A stretch of DNA of 64,000 nucleotides, from assembly GCA_017853835.1 (NCBI GenBank), contig JAFMIU010000006.1, positions 340-64,339 of the forward strand, in the 5' to 3' direction. Below are positions 22,104-31,638 of the stretch, in pieces. The translations under genes and the position numbers were made by a program. A model generated the notes under the pieces. The model was not told where the DNA came from. It saw only the letters and a program-made list of their open reading frames with translations, and did not search any database. Source of the stretch: Pirellulales bacterium (lineage in GTDB: Bacteria > Planctomycetota > Planctomycetia > Pirellulales > UBA1268). The stretch's first letter is position 1. Each line of letters begins with the position of its first letter.

Positions 22104-22928
22104 ATGGACCGGTCGCAAATCATCCCGTCGCTGTTTGGTGTGCCACGAGCACTCATCGGCATGCTGCATGTGGGCCCGCTTCCTGGAAGCCCTGGGCACG
22201 ACACGTCACGCCCCTTGCTCGACGAGCAGATCGACCGCGCCGTTGCTGAGGCAGAGCTGTATCAGGTGGCGGGCTTCGATGGCCTCATCATCGAAAACAT
22301 GTTTGATCGCCCGTACCTGCGGTCGCAGGTGGGCCCTGAAGTGGTGGCCACGATGACGGCCATCGGCCGCGAGGTGCGGCGGGCCGTGCCGCTCCCGCTG
22401 GGCGTGCAGGTGCTTGCCGCCGCCAACGAGGAGGCGATCGCCGTGGCCATGGCCTGCGGTGGGGCGTTCGTGAGGGTCGAGGGGTTTGTTTTCTCGCACG
22501 TCGCTGACGAAGGAATCGTGGAAGCCGACGCTGGACCACTGTTGCGGTATCGAAGCGCGGTCGGAGCTCAGCACATCCGCGTATTTGCCGACATCAAGAA
22601 GAAACATTCCGCCCACGCGATCACCGCCGACGTCGACATCGTTGAAACGGCCCATGCGGCGGAGTTTGCCCTCGCCGACGGCGTGATCGTGACCGGGGTG
22701 GCCACCGGACGGCAGGCTGATGCCTCGGAGGTGGCTGCCGTGGCCGCTGCCGTCGGCGTGCCGGTGCTCGTGGGTTCCGGCATCACGCCCGACAACGTGG
22801 CCACCTTCGCCGACGCCGACGGTCTGATCGTTGGCTCTTCGGTGAAGGAGCGGGGCGATTGGCGCCGTCCCCTCGACCCGGATGCTTCGCGTCGGCTTGT
22901 TGACGCGTTCCGCGGATCGCGACGATGA
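22104..22928 (+). CDS. btpA: BtpA/SgcQ-family TIM-barrel protein
   Basis: LIGMLHVGPLPGSPG ... GFDGLIIENMFD ... VLVGSGITPDNV. Internal ATG 22104 of track ORF 21318..22928, whose upstream part is antisense to hydB. Confidence 0.75.
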   Translation: MDRSQIIPSLFGVPRALIGMLHVGPLPGSPGHDTSRPLLDEQIDRAVAEAELYQVAGFDGLIIENMFDRPYLRSQVGPEVVATMTAIGREVRRAVPLPLGVQVLAAANEEAIAVAMACGGAFVRVEGFVFSHVADEGIVEADAGPLLRYRSAVGAQHIRVFADIKKKHSAHAITADVDIVETAHAAEFALADGVIVTGVATGRQADASEVAAVAAAVGVPVLVGSGITPDNVATFADADGLIVGSSVKERGDWRRPLDPDASRRLVDAFRGSRR

Positions 22929-23854
22929 CGTGCCCGCCGCCCGACATCGTGCTGCTCGGCAATCTCCTCGTGGACGACATCGTGCTTCGCGATGGCCAAA
23001 CCCTGATGGGGGAGCCGGGGGGCGCCGTGCTTCATGCGGCCCTGGCCGCGTCGCTCTGGGGTGCTCGGGTGGGCATCGCATCGGTGGCGGGCACCGATTA
23101 CCCGTCGACGGCGCTCGAGGCGCTTGCCTGCCGTGGCGTCGATCTGGCTGGTGTTCGCCGGCTCGATCGCACCGGGGGGCGTGCCTGGCTCCTCTACGAG
23201 CCGGCGGTGCGTCGCACCGTGCATCACCTCGACTGTCCGTCGCACGCCGACGTGTCGCCGATCCTCGCCGATCTTCCACCGTCGTGGATGGATGCCCGCA
23301 TCTTCCACCTGGCCCCCATGCCCTTGGGGCGTCAGCTCGATCTCGCCCATGGCCTCACACCCCCACCGGGCTCGCCTCGCCTCATTTCACTCGATCCCTT
23401 TGAACTCGTCCGCGACGGCACGCTGGCCGCATGGCGGGATGTTCTCACGCACGTCGATCTCTTTTTTGTGAGCGAGGACGAATGGCGACTCGGCGGCGAT
23501 GCCAATGGAATCGTGCCCTCGCTTGCGGGCCCACGGCTTCGGCACGTTGCCTTCAAGCGAGGGGCTGACGGTGGCACGCTCCTCGATCTTCATGAAGGAC
23601 TCACGCGATCGTGGCACTCGCGGAGCCATGAGGTCGTCGACACCACCGGCGCCGGCGATGCCTTTGCAGGAGGATTCCTCGCCGGCCTCGTCACCCATGG
23701 CGACGTGCCTCGATCGATCGAACAGGGCATCGTGTCGGCCAGTTTCGCGATCGAAGACTGGGGCGCCCGCGGCCTCATGGCGGCCACGCCCGAACTCGCC
23801 GCCCGTCGGCACGGCGGGTGGTTCACTCCACGGACCGACGAGGTGATCTCATGA
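22925..23854 (+). CDS. psuK: PfkB-family sugar/nucleoside kinase, likely pseudouridine kinase
   Basis: C-terminal DTTGAGDAFAGGFLAGL PfkB signature. ATGA overlaps with btpA upstream and psuG downstream. Confidence 0.7.
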   Translation: MTCPPPDIVLLGNLLVDDIVLRDGQTLMGEPGGAVLHAALAASLWGARVGIASVAGTDYPSTALEALACRGVDLAGVRRLDRTGGRAWLLYEPAVRRTVHHLDCPSHADVSPILADLPPSWMDARIFHLAPMPLGRQLDLAHGLTPPPGSPRLISLDPFELVRDGTLAAWRDVLTHVDLFFVSEDEWRLGGDANGIVPSLAGPRLRHVAFKRGADGGTLLDLHEGLTRSWHSRSHEVVDTTGAGDAFAGGFLAGLVTHGDVPRSIEQGIVSASFAIEDWGARGLMAATPELAARRHGGWFTPRTDEVIS

Positions 23855-24801
23855 GCCGTTCCACGAATGGACTGCTGCACGTGCACGCCGACGTGGCCGC
23901 CGCGATCGCGGCCGGGCGACCCGTGGTGGCTTTGGAAACGACGCTCGTCACCCATGGCCTGCCGCAGCCCGATGGCGTGCGGGTGGCGGCGGCGCTCGAA
24001 GACGCCGTGCGAACCCGCGGCGCGGTGCCGGCCACGATCGGCATCCTCGATGGCCAGGTGCGGGTGGGTATTTCGCGGGGCGAGCTCGATCGACTCGCCG
24101 CCGCACCGAATCCTGTGAAGGTGAACCTCGGCAACTTTGCCGCCGAGGTGGCGGCGGGCGGCTGCGGCTCGACGACCGTGGCGGCCACGATGGTGGCCGC
24201 GTGGCGGGCGGGCATCCGCGTTTTCGCAACGGGCGGCATCGGCGGCGTGCATCGCGGCGTCACGGAAACAGGCGATGTGTCGGCCGATCTCACGGCCCTG
24301 GCCCGCTATCCCGTCGCCGTGGTCTGTGCCGGAGCAAAGGCCATTCTCGATCTGCCGCGAACGGTGGAGATGCTCGAAACGCTCGGGGTTCCGGTGCTCG
24401 GCGTCGGCACCGACGAGTTTCCAGCGTTTTACCGCCGTGAGAGTGGCCTGCGGGTGGATCGTCGCTGCGACACGATCAACGACGTGGCCCGAGCCGTGCG
24501 CACTCATATCGATCTCGGCTTCACGTCCGGGCTCGTGATCGCCAATCCGGTTCCCGAAGCTGACGCCCTTCCCAAAGATATCCACGACTCGGCCCTCGGC
24601 ACGGCGCTCGTGGAGGCTGCCGATGTGAGCGGCCGGGATGTGACGCCCTACCTCCTCGATCGGATGCGATCATTGACCGGGGGCGCGAGCGTGAAGACCA
24701 ACGAGGCGTTGCTCCTGAACAACGCCCGTGTCGCGGCCGACCTCGCCGTGGCGCTTTCCGCCATCGGCACGCCCCCCGCCGGTCCAAGCCCAAGGCCGTG
24801 A
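23851..24801 (+). CDS. psuG: Pseudouridine-5'-phosphate glycosidase
   Basis: PVVALETTLVTHGLPQP, GAVPATIGILDG, VFATGGIGGVHRG, VVCAGAKAILDL. Collinear with E. coli PsuG/YeiN as recalled from memory. Confidence 0.88.
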   Translation: MSRSTNGLLHVHADVAAAIAAGRPVVALETTLVTHGLPQPDGVRVAAALEDAVRTRGAVPATIGILDGQVRVGISRGELDRLAAAPNPVKVNLGNFAAEVAAGGCGSTTVAATMVAAWRAGIRVFATGGIGGVHRGVTETGDVSADLTALARYPVAVVCAGAKAILDLPRTVEMLETLGVPVLGVGTDEFPAFYRRESGLRVDRRCDTINDVARAVRTHIDLGFTSGLVIANPVPEADALPKDIHDSALGTALVEAADVSGRDVTPYLLDRMRSLTGGASVKTNEALLLNNARVAADLAVALSAIGTPPAGPSPRP

Positions 24802-24817
24802 GGCCTGGGACACGCCA
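24782..24817. repeat. 36-nt dispersed repeat, copy 1 (GTCCAAGCCCAAGGCCGTGAGGCCTGGGACACGCCA), containing a GGCC-GNRA-GGCC hairpin
   Basis: 35/36 identical to 41771..41806. Overlaps the last codons and stop of psuG. Confidence 0.8.
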
Positions 24818-24887
24818 GGCTATGCCGCATAACGCCATTGGGATGTGACGGAATGACAGCGCGACGCCTCGTATGGTGATGAGTTGT

Positions 24888-25021
24888 GGGGGTGCCCATG
24901 CCCTGTGAGTCGGCGTCACTGCCGAGCGAGAGCCAGGATGGCGAGGCGACGGCAGTGTCGCGCGAGCCCGAGGGCATGGATGCCCGAAGCGAGCGTCCGG
25001 CTGCGGGGTATGGGCACCCCC
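24888..25021. repeat. 134-nt element bounded by perfect 12-bp inverted repeats (GGGGGTGCCCAT / ATGGGCACCCCC) with internal hairpins
   Basis: Arms at 24888..24899 and 25010..25021. Internal arms GCGTCACTGCCG (24913..24924) and CGGCAGTGTCGC (24950..24961). Lies in a convergent intergenic spacer. Confidence 0.7.
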
Positions 25022-25097
25022 GAAGCGTGCCTCGCGACCACGGCCACAAGAAAGCCGGAGCCGACGCTGGGACGGCGGAGACGCCTTCACCACGCTA

Positions 25098-25538
25098 TCA
25101 GGGTTTGGGACCGAGGTTGATCAAGAGTTCATTGCTCCCAGACCCTACCGTGAAGGTCAGCCCGGACGTTTCAAACTTCAGGAACTTCCTGTCGAAAGGC
25201 ATTTTTGACTCTGACTTTTTGTCATCCACGCCGCCATCCCGGCGGGGAGGGGCAAGTCGAACCTGGTATTGCCCCCCCAATACGCCCTCATGTTCATTTC
25301 GTCCCGCAAGCGTGAACCGTCCGTCCTTTTCGATCAATGCCTTCGCCATGATTGGCTTTCCATCGACCACTGCCTCGGCGACCACAACACCCTCACCGTC
25401 ATAGGCGGTGCCGTCCTCGAATGCAACTCTCCCAATGACCTCGTGTCGCCTAGGACCGCACCCGGTGACGAACCCGATCGCAAATGCTATTACCGCGATT
25501 GAGGCATACGAATGACGCATCGGGATGAGGAAAGGCAT
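25098..25538 (-). CDS. Small lipoprotein (beta-sandwich-like), typical downstream partner of DUF1559 genes
   Basis: Lipobox AFAIGFVTGC. 12-nt gap after the DUF1559 pseudogene stop. Confidence 0.65.
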   Translation of the reverse strand: MPFLIPMRHSYASIAVIAFAIGFVTGCGPRRHEVIGRVAFEDGTAYDGEGVVVAEAVVDGKPIMAKALIEKDGRFTLAGRNEHEGVLGGQYQVRLAPPRRDGGVDDKKSESKMPFDRKFLKFETSGLTFTVGSGSNELLINLGPKP

Positions 25539-25550
25539 TCCAATCAGTAT

Positions 25551-26531
25551 TCAGTACGAGGAGGGAATTGGCTGTCCATCGCGACGATCGGCCAGTGCGT
25601 AGAGCACCGAGCCTGCAACTTCGGTCGAGATCATTACCACACGTGAATCTCCAAACACGAACGGCACAATATTTTGGTGGTAACTCCCAAACGTGTAATA
25701 TCGCCCAGGCGTCTTCGCAATGGCCATGAGACCGTCTGCTCCGGCCTCACGATTCGCACAGTTGTGGCACGGGGAGACTGGCGTGTAGATGCTATCGTCG
25801 CTTCCAACGTTTCCGTCAGTCCCGATCCCAAAGGATCCCACAGGCACATACTTCTCTCCGAGAAATATCGTCTTCGATAATCCATCGGTAATCTGCCTGA
25901 ACGGCAAACCGTCAAAGTCCGGATAGCCAGTCGCTTTCCATGCCCGTATAGGAAAAGCGCCATACGAGTTACTGATGCCTCCGAGCGATGGGTCTGCAAA
26001 TTACCCCACTGTGTTCGGATCAGGAGACCCTCCATAGCAAGTTGCATAATCTCCGCACATGTAGCCCACAAGATTGGCGGTCGATGTCTTGACGACCTTC
26101 GTATCGCGTGGCGATGTGGGGCAAAACATGGTCGAGATGATCGATTGAAGCACTCCGGAATTCTTCATCTGGGCGCTGTCGAGGTAGTTCACACCGTCTT
26201 CCTGTTTTACCCCGTTCACGTTCGTGGTGAGCATGTCATAGGCAGACGACTGCTCGATGAAGGGCAGGATGTGCACGAACCACGTATGGGAATACGACTT
26301 GTTCCAAGACCTCGCTCGCGGAATGCGTTTTTTGGCATCGTGATGCAGGTGGAGCCCCATTCCCATCTGGCGGAGATTGTTGGCGCAGGTCGACCTCCGC
26401 CCCGCTTCCCGGGCCGCCTGCACGGCCGGCAGGAGAAGCCCGATGAGCGTGGCAATGATCGCGATCACCACCAAAAGCTCGACGAGCGTGAAGGCAGATC
26501 GCCGGCGCGGAAAGGCAAGAGACTGAACCAT
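25551..26531 (-). pseudogene. DUF1559 / prepilin-type N-terminal methylation gene interrupted by a single in-frame TAA (26003..26001)
   Basis: Track ORFs 26001..26531 (N-half, [35 protein letters not shown]) and 25551..25907 (C-half, FGSYHQNIVPFVFGDSRVV) are in the same frame. My translation of 25908..26000 gives FADPSLGGISNSYGAFPIRAWKATGYPDFDG with no further stop. [10 protein letters not shown] lies upstream of 26531. Confidence 0.75.
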
Positions 26532-26672
26532 TGAGAAACCTCCTCACCCCAACGGAACCCGGCGCATCTGGCACGACGGATCCGCATCCCTTGCGGTCAG
26601 ATTACCATCCGATGCACGCAGTGGCGTGAGAAAATTGTGTCATGCAACGCGTCCCTGCAAGTTGCGCTGGAG

Positions 26673-27320
26673 TCACGGGGCCAAGCGTTCAAGGATCCAC
26701 TGCCCTCCCGCATCGCGGCGAAACCGGAGCCGGTCGTGCAGACGGCTCGGCCTGCCCTGCCAAAACTCGATCCGATCGGGCACGAGCCGGTAGCCTCCCC
26801 AGCCTGGCGGCCGTGGAATGGCACGGTCGTCGGGATGGGCAGCACGGAACCGGGCAAAGAGATCCTCGAGCGACGCTCGGCCGGGAATGACATCACTCTG
26901 GGGCGAACTCCACGCACCGATCCGTGACGTGCTCGGCCGCGTCTGAAAGTAGGCGTCCGACTCGTCGGCCGTTGTCCGCTCGACGCGCCCCTCGATCCGG
27001 ATCTGCCGTTCGAGGTCGGCCCAGTGGAAGGTGAGGGCCGCATAGGGGTTGGCGGCCAGTTCCCGCCCCTTGTGACTCGTGTAGTTGGAGAAAAAGCAAA
27101 ACCCACGGGCATCGAACCCACGCAGCAAAACGATCCTCGCCGAAGGACGCCCCTCTGGCGTCGCCGTGGAGAGCGTCATTGCCTCCGGCTCCGGCACCCC
27201 GGCGGCGACGGCGGCGTCGTACCAGATGGCGAACTGCCGGATCGGATCGCGTTCGACCGTCGCCTCGTCGAGCGAGCCTTGCTCATACTCCTTGCGGGCG
27301 TGGGTGCTGCGGTGCTCCAT
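26673..27320 (-). CDS. pdxH: Pyridoxamine 5'-phosphate oxidase
   Basis: C-terminal [19 protein letters not shown]...[11 protein letters not shown] 27320 gives ~215 aa, whereas the track start 27458 would overlap the upstream gene. Confidence 0.85.
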   Translation of the reverse strand: MEHRSTHARKEYEQGSLDEATVERDPIRQFAIWYDAAVAAGVPEPEAMTLSTATPEGRPSARIVLLRGFDARGFCFFSNYTSHKGRELAANPYAALTFHWADLERQIRIEGRVERTTADESDAYFQTRPSTSRIGAWSSPQSDVIPGRASLEDLFARFRAAHPDDRAIPRPPGWGGYRLVPDRIEFWQGRPSRLHDRLRFRRDAGGQWILERLAP

Positions 27321-27321
27321 G

Positions 27322-28578
27322 TCAGCGGCGTCCTTCCTCGGTAACCCAGTGGATCGTCTTCTCGGCCAGGCGATCGAGTGCCACGACGGCACGCTCGAGG
27401 TGTTCCTTCCGCGTGTCTTCGATCTTGTTGTGGCTGATGCCATGGAGGCTCTGCACAAACAGCATCACGGTGGGAATGCCCGCCATCGCCATCTCCGCTG
27501 CATCGTGCAGCGGCCCCGATGGCAGCCGATGGGAGGTGCCGCAGGTTTCGCGCACGGCCTCGTCGGCAAACGCGATGAGGTCGGGATGGAAGGGGGCCGG
27601 AGGGATGTGCCAGAGCCGCTCCCAGGCCACCTCCAGCCGTCCCTCGGCCGCAAACCTCGCGGCCGCCTCACGGGCCTCCGCATGCATGCGTGCCAGCGCG
27701 TCGGGATCGAGATGCCGTTGGTCGAGCGTGATGCGGCATTCTTCCACCACACTCGTCACGATGCCGGGCTTCGTCGTGCAGGAACCGATCGTGCACACTC
27801 CGCCGCCACTCCGCTCGGCGATCGCATAGATCTCCTGCGCCATCTTCCCGGCGGCAAGAAACGCATCGCGACGGCGATCCATGGGCGTGGAGCCGGAGTG
27901 GGCGGCCTGCCCGCGAAAGGTGATGGCATGGCGTTCCACGCCGAAGGTTCCCAGCACAGCCCCCAGCGGCAGGTCGAGATCGAGGAGCACGGGCCCCTGC
28001 TCGATGTGGAGTTCGAGGTAGGCCGCTGCCGTGGCACGCTCACGACCGCTTTCTTTGACCCGCTCGAAGTCGATCCCCACCTCCCGCAACGCGTCGGGCA
28101 ATCGCACGCCGGTTTTGTCGATGAGCCGTCGAGCCTCGTTGAGGTCGAGATTGCCCGAGCATGCCGCGGAGCCGAACAGGCTCTTGCCAAACCGCGCCCC
28201 CTCCTCGTCGGCCCAGTCCACCACGCGAATGGTCACGGGGGGCCTGCCGTCGTAGTCGGCGTTCACCCGCCGAAGCACCTCCACGCCCGCCATCAGGCCG
28301 AGGCATCCATCGAGCCAGCCGCCATTGGGCACCGAGTCGATGTGACTGCCGATCACCACCGCCCGCTCGCTCGCGCCCGGCAGCGTCGTCCAGACATTGC
28401 CGGCCGCATCGGCATGCACTTCAACGGGCAGCCCGGCAATCCGTTCACGAAACCAGGCCCGAGCCTGGCTCCAGATGGGGGTAAAAGCCACGCGTTGGGC
28501 GCCGTCGGCATCGCCGGTGAGCGACCGGAGGTCTTCCAGTTCACGAATCGTGCGGCGTGGGTCGAGGGTATGGGCCAT
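27322..28578 (-). CDS. M20-family N-carbamoyl-amino-acid / beta-ureidopropionase-type amidohydrolase
   Basis: [29 protein letters not shown], allantoate-amidohydrolase/carbamoylase-like layout. Divergent from preT. Confidence 0.8.
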   Translation of the reverse strand: MAHTLDPRRTIRELEDLRSLTGDADGAQRVAFTPIWSQARAWFRERIAGLPVEVHADAAGNVWTTLPGASERAVVIGSHIDSVPNGGWLDGCLGLMAGVEVLRRVNADYDGRPPVTIRVVDWADEEGARFGKSLFGSAACSGNLDLNEARRLIDKTGVRLPDALREVGIDFERVKESGRERATAAAYLELHIEQGPVLLDLDLPLGAVLGTFGVERHAITFRGQAAHSGSTPMDRRRDAFLAAGKMAQEIYAIAERSGGGVCTIGSCTTKPGIVTSVVEECRITLDQRHLDPDALARMHAEAREAAARFAAEGRLEVAWERLWHIPPAPFHPDLIAFADEAVRETCGTSHRLPSGPLHDAAEMAMAGIPTVMLFVQSLHGISHNKIEDTRKEHLERAVVALDRLAEKTIHWVTEEGRR

Positions 28579-28690
28579 GCCGGTATCGTGCCCGGATTCG
28601 GGTGGCGTCCGCAAGCGTCCCGGCCATATTCTTTCCCTTCACGCGTCGGGGCCCTTGGGTGCCACGTCGCCGCCCGGGGAGAGACGAGCC

Positions 28691-30139
28691 ATGCCGATCC
28701 AGCCCCTGATCGATGCCGCCACGGCCGAGACCAACCTCGCAGAGGTCAAGCGGCCCTTCACCCCGCAGGAGGCCACCACCGAGGCCGATCGCTGCCTGTT
28801 CTGCTACGACGCCCCCTGCATCAAGGCATGCCCGACGGGCATCGACATCCCCACCTTCATCCGCCGGATCGCCACCGGCAACCTCGTGGGGGCGGCTCGC
28901 ACGATCCTCGAGGCCAACGTGCTCGGCGCGAGTTGCGCACGCGTCTGTCCGACCCAGATGCTCTGCGAGGGGGCATGCGTCCTCGTCGATCTCGAGCACC
29001 AGCCGATCCGCATCGGGCGATTGCAGCGACATGCCACCGACCACGTGGCCGCGCTCGGCATCGACGTGCTCCCCGCACCTGGCGAGCCCAACGGCCGACG
29101 CGTGGCCGTGATCGGCGCCGGGCCGGCCGGACTCGGCTGTGCCGCCGAACTCGCCAGGCTCGGCTATGCCGTCACCGTGTACGACAAGAAGCCTGTGGGA
29201 GGTGGGCTCAACACCTACGGCATCGCCCTCTACAAGATGCGGCCCGAGGTGAGTCTCGACGAGGTGCAGGCGATCGCGCGGCTCGGGGTGGCCTTCCGAT
29301 TCGGCGTCGACGTCGGCGTTGGCGATGAGGCGGCACAACTTCTTCGTGACCACGACGCCGTCTTCCTCGGCATCGGGCTCGGGGGCGCAAACCGTCTCGA
29401 CATTCCCGGTGAAGATCTCCCGGAGGTCGTCGATGCCCTCGACTTCATCGAGGGGCTTCGCGCGCGGCCGCTCGACGAGGTGCCGGTGGGCCGCCGCGTG
29501 GCCGTCATCGGCTGCGGCAACACGGCCATCGACGCCGTGACGCAGGCCAAGCGGCTCGGCGCGGAGGAGGCGACGATCATCTACCGCCGTGGCGAGCAGG
29601 AGATGTCGGCCTATCCCTTTGAATACGAACTCGCCAAGGCCGACGGCGCGACGTTTCTCTTCAACACCGTGCCGATCGAGGTGATCTCGAACGATGGTCA
29701 TGTCGTGGCCCTCACGCTCGCGACGACCGACGTGCGTGACGGCCGCGTCAGGGTGGTGCCCGGCAGCGAATGGACGCAACCCTGCGACCTCGTGCTGAAG
29801 GCCGTTGGGCAGGAGAAGCAGATTGGTCTTGTGGAAAGGCTCTTCCCGGGCCTGGCGATCGATGCGAAGGGCCGCGTTGCACACGATCCCGTCTCGATGC
29901 AGACCAACCTCCCGAAGGTGTTTGTGGGGGGAGACGCCGCCAGTGGCGGCCGTGAGGTGGTCAACGCCGTCGCCGAGGGGAAAAAAGCCGCCCGCGGCAT
30001 TCACGCATCGCTCACGGGCGAACAGGTCCGCGGCCCGGTGCAGCCCTCGCGGCTTGGCATGCCCGACGGCGCCACCGGCTCCGGCTTCGACCATCCCATC
30101 CGCGTTCACGAACTGGAGGCGGCCCTGAAGCAGGGCTGA
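28691..30139 (+). CDS. preT: NAD-dependent dihydropyrimidine dehydrogenase subunit PreT (GltD-like)
   Basis: CLFCYDAPCIKACPTGIDIP Fe-S motif. VAVIGAGPAGLGCA and VAVIGCGNTAIDA dinucleotide folds. Internal ATG 28691 of the track ORF. Confidence 0.85.
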   Translation: MPIQPLIDAATAETNLAEVKRPFTPQEATTEADRCLFCYDAPCIKACPTGIDIPTFIRRIATGNLVGAARTILEANVLGASCARVCPTQMLCEGACVLVDLEHQPIRIGRLQRHATDHVAALGIDVLPAPGEPNGRRVAVIGAGPAGLGCAAELARLGYAVTVYDKKPVGGGLNTYGIALYKMRPEVSLDEVQAIARLGVAFRFGVDVGVGDEAAQLLRDHDAVFLGIGLGGANRLDIPGEDLPEVVDALDFIEGLRARPLDEVPVGRRVAVIGCGNTAIDAVTQAKRLGAEEATIIYRRGEQEMSAYPFEYELAKADGATFLFNTVPIEVISNDGHVVALTLATTDVRDGRVRVVPGSEWTQPCDLVLKAVGQEKQIGLVERLFPGLAIDAKGRVAHDPVSMQTNLPKVFVGGDAASGGREVVNAVAEGKKAARGIHASLTGEQVRGPVQPSRLGMPDGATGSGFDHPIRVHELEAALKQG

Positions 30140-30146
30140 CACCACC

Positions 30147-31457
30147 ATGGCCGACCTCTCGATTGACTTCGCCGGCATCCGGAGCCCGAATCCCTTCTGG
30201 GTGGCGAGCGGCCCACCTTCCAACACGGCGTATCAAGCCCATCGCGCCTTCGAGGCGGGCTGGGGGGGAGTGGTCTGGAAGACGATCGGTGAGCCGATCG
30301 TGAACGTCGCGTCCCGTTACTCGGCGCTCCATCTGGCCGGCATGCGGATGGCCGGCTTCAACAACATCGAACTTATCAGCGACCGCTCCCCGGAGACCAA
30401 CTTCCGTGAGATCGCCGAGGTGAAGCGACGATGGCCGAAGCACACGGTCATCGCCTCGCTCATGGTCGACACCCGCGAGCGGTGGCATGAGTTCGTGAAG
30501 CGGTCGGCTGATGCGGGTGCCGACGGCATCGAACTCAACTTCGGCTGCCCCCATGGCATGTGCGAGCGGGGCATGGGCTCCGCGGTTGGGCAGAATCCCG
30601 ACGTGGCCGAAACGATCGTGGGCTGGGTGATGGAGGCGGCGACGATCCCGGTGATCGTGAAGCTCACCCCCAACATCACCAACGTCGTCTTCGCCGCCCG
30701 GGCGGCGAAGCGGGCCGGTGCCGACGCCATCTCGCTGATCAACACGATCAACAGCATCACGAACGTGAACCTCGACACCCTGGTGCCCGAACCGTTCGTC
30801 GCCGGGCGGAGTTCGCACGGCGGCTACTGCGGACCGGCCGTGAAGCCGATCGCCCTCAACATGGTGCACGCCTGCGCGGGCGATCCCGAGGTGGGGCTGC
30901 CGATCTCGGGCATCGGTGGCATCGCCACGTGGAGGGATGCCGCGGAGTTTGTGGCACTCGGCTCCACGAGCCTCCAGGTGTGCACGGCCATCATGCACCA
31001 CGGATTCCGGATCGTCGACGACATGAAGGACGGCCTCTCTGCCTATCTCGACTCCAAGGGGATGCGATCGCTGGCCGATCTCCGTGGACGGGCGGTGCCG
31101 CACGTCGGCGACTGGCAGCAGCTCGACCTCCACTACAAGCGGGAAGCGCGGATCGACTACGAGAAGTGCATCGGCTGCAATCTGTGCCACATCGCCTGTG
31201 AGGACGGGGCGCATCAGTGCATCGATCTCGTTGATCCAGCCCCCTACGGCCTCGGACCGGGACGCGTGCCGGGCAAGCCGGTCCCCAAGGTCCGCGAGGG
31301 GGATTGCGTGGGCTGCAACCTCTGCTCGCTCGTCTGTCCGGTGGACGGCTGCATCACGATGACGCCGGTGGATACAGGCCGCGCGGCGATGACCTGGCAC
31401 GACTACCAGTCGCGGCTTGCCAGCGGCGCGATGCAGCCGATTCCCCCCCATCCGTGA
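30147..31457 (+). CDS. preA: Dihydropyrimidine dehydrogenase subunit PreA (DHODH-like domain plus 2x4Fe-4S)
   Basis: [24 protein letters not shown], and C-terminal [14 protein letters not shown] / [13 protein letters not shown]. Confidence 0.85.
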   Translation: MADLSIDFAGIRSPNPFWVASGPPSNTAYQAHRAFEAGWGGVVWKTIGEPIVNVASRYSALHLAGMRMAGFNNIELISDRSPETNFREIAEVKRRWPKHTVIASLMVDTRERWHEFVKRSADAGADGIELNFGCPHGMCERGMGSAVGQNPDVAETIVGWVMEAATIPVIVKLTPNITNVVFAARAAKRAGADAISLINTINSITNVNLDTLVPEPFVAGRSSHGGYCGPAVKPIALNMVHACAGDPEVGLPISGIGGIATWRDAAEFVALGSTSLQVCTAIMHHGFRIVDDMKDGLSAYLDSKGMRSLADLRGRAVPHVGDWQQLDLHYKREARIDYEKCIGCNLCHIACEDGAHQCIDLVDPAPYGLGPGRVPGKPVPKVREGDCVGCNLCSLVCPVDGCITMTPVDTGRAAMTWHDYQSRLASGAMQPIPPHP

Positions 31458-31638
31458 CGGTCCGGAGGCCAGCCTCCCGGCCCACGCGTGTCTCGCGGAA
31501 TCTGCGGCATTCCCCGTGAAACCGCGGCTTCACGTCCCGCGGCGAAACCCGGGACGACGTCAGCCGTTTATACTCCGGGCCCAGCCTGCGCCCGCCCCGC
31601 CCCCCCTCGCCTTGCCCCCTTTGCCGGAGGACGCCCCG

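Noticed and set aside
24886-25404. 172-aa plus-strand ORF spanning the inverted-repeat element and running antisense into the lipoprotein gene.
   Set aside because: It has no RBS and no recognisable domain. It overlaps a lipobox-containing gene on the other strand and the structured repeat.
26001-26003. Programmed recoding or read-through of the in-frame stop in the DUF1559 gene.
   Set aside because: The codon is TAA. Known bacterial recoding uses TGA (Sec) or TAG (Pyl), and no SECIS-like element was noticed. A nonsense mutation or sequencing error is the simpler explanation.
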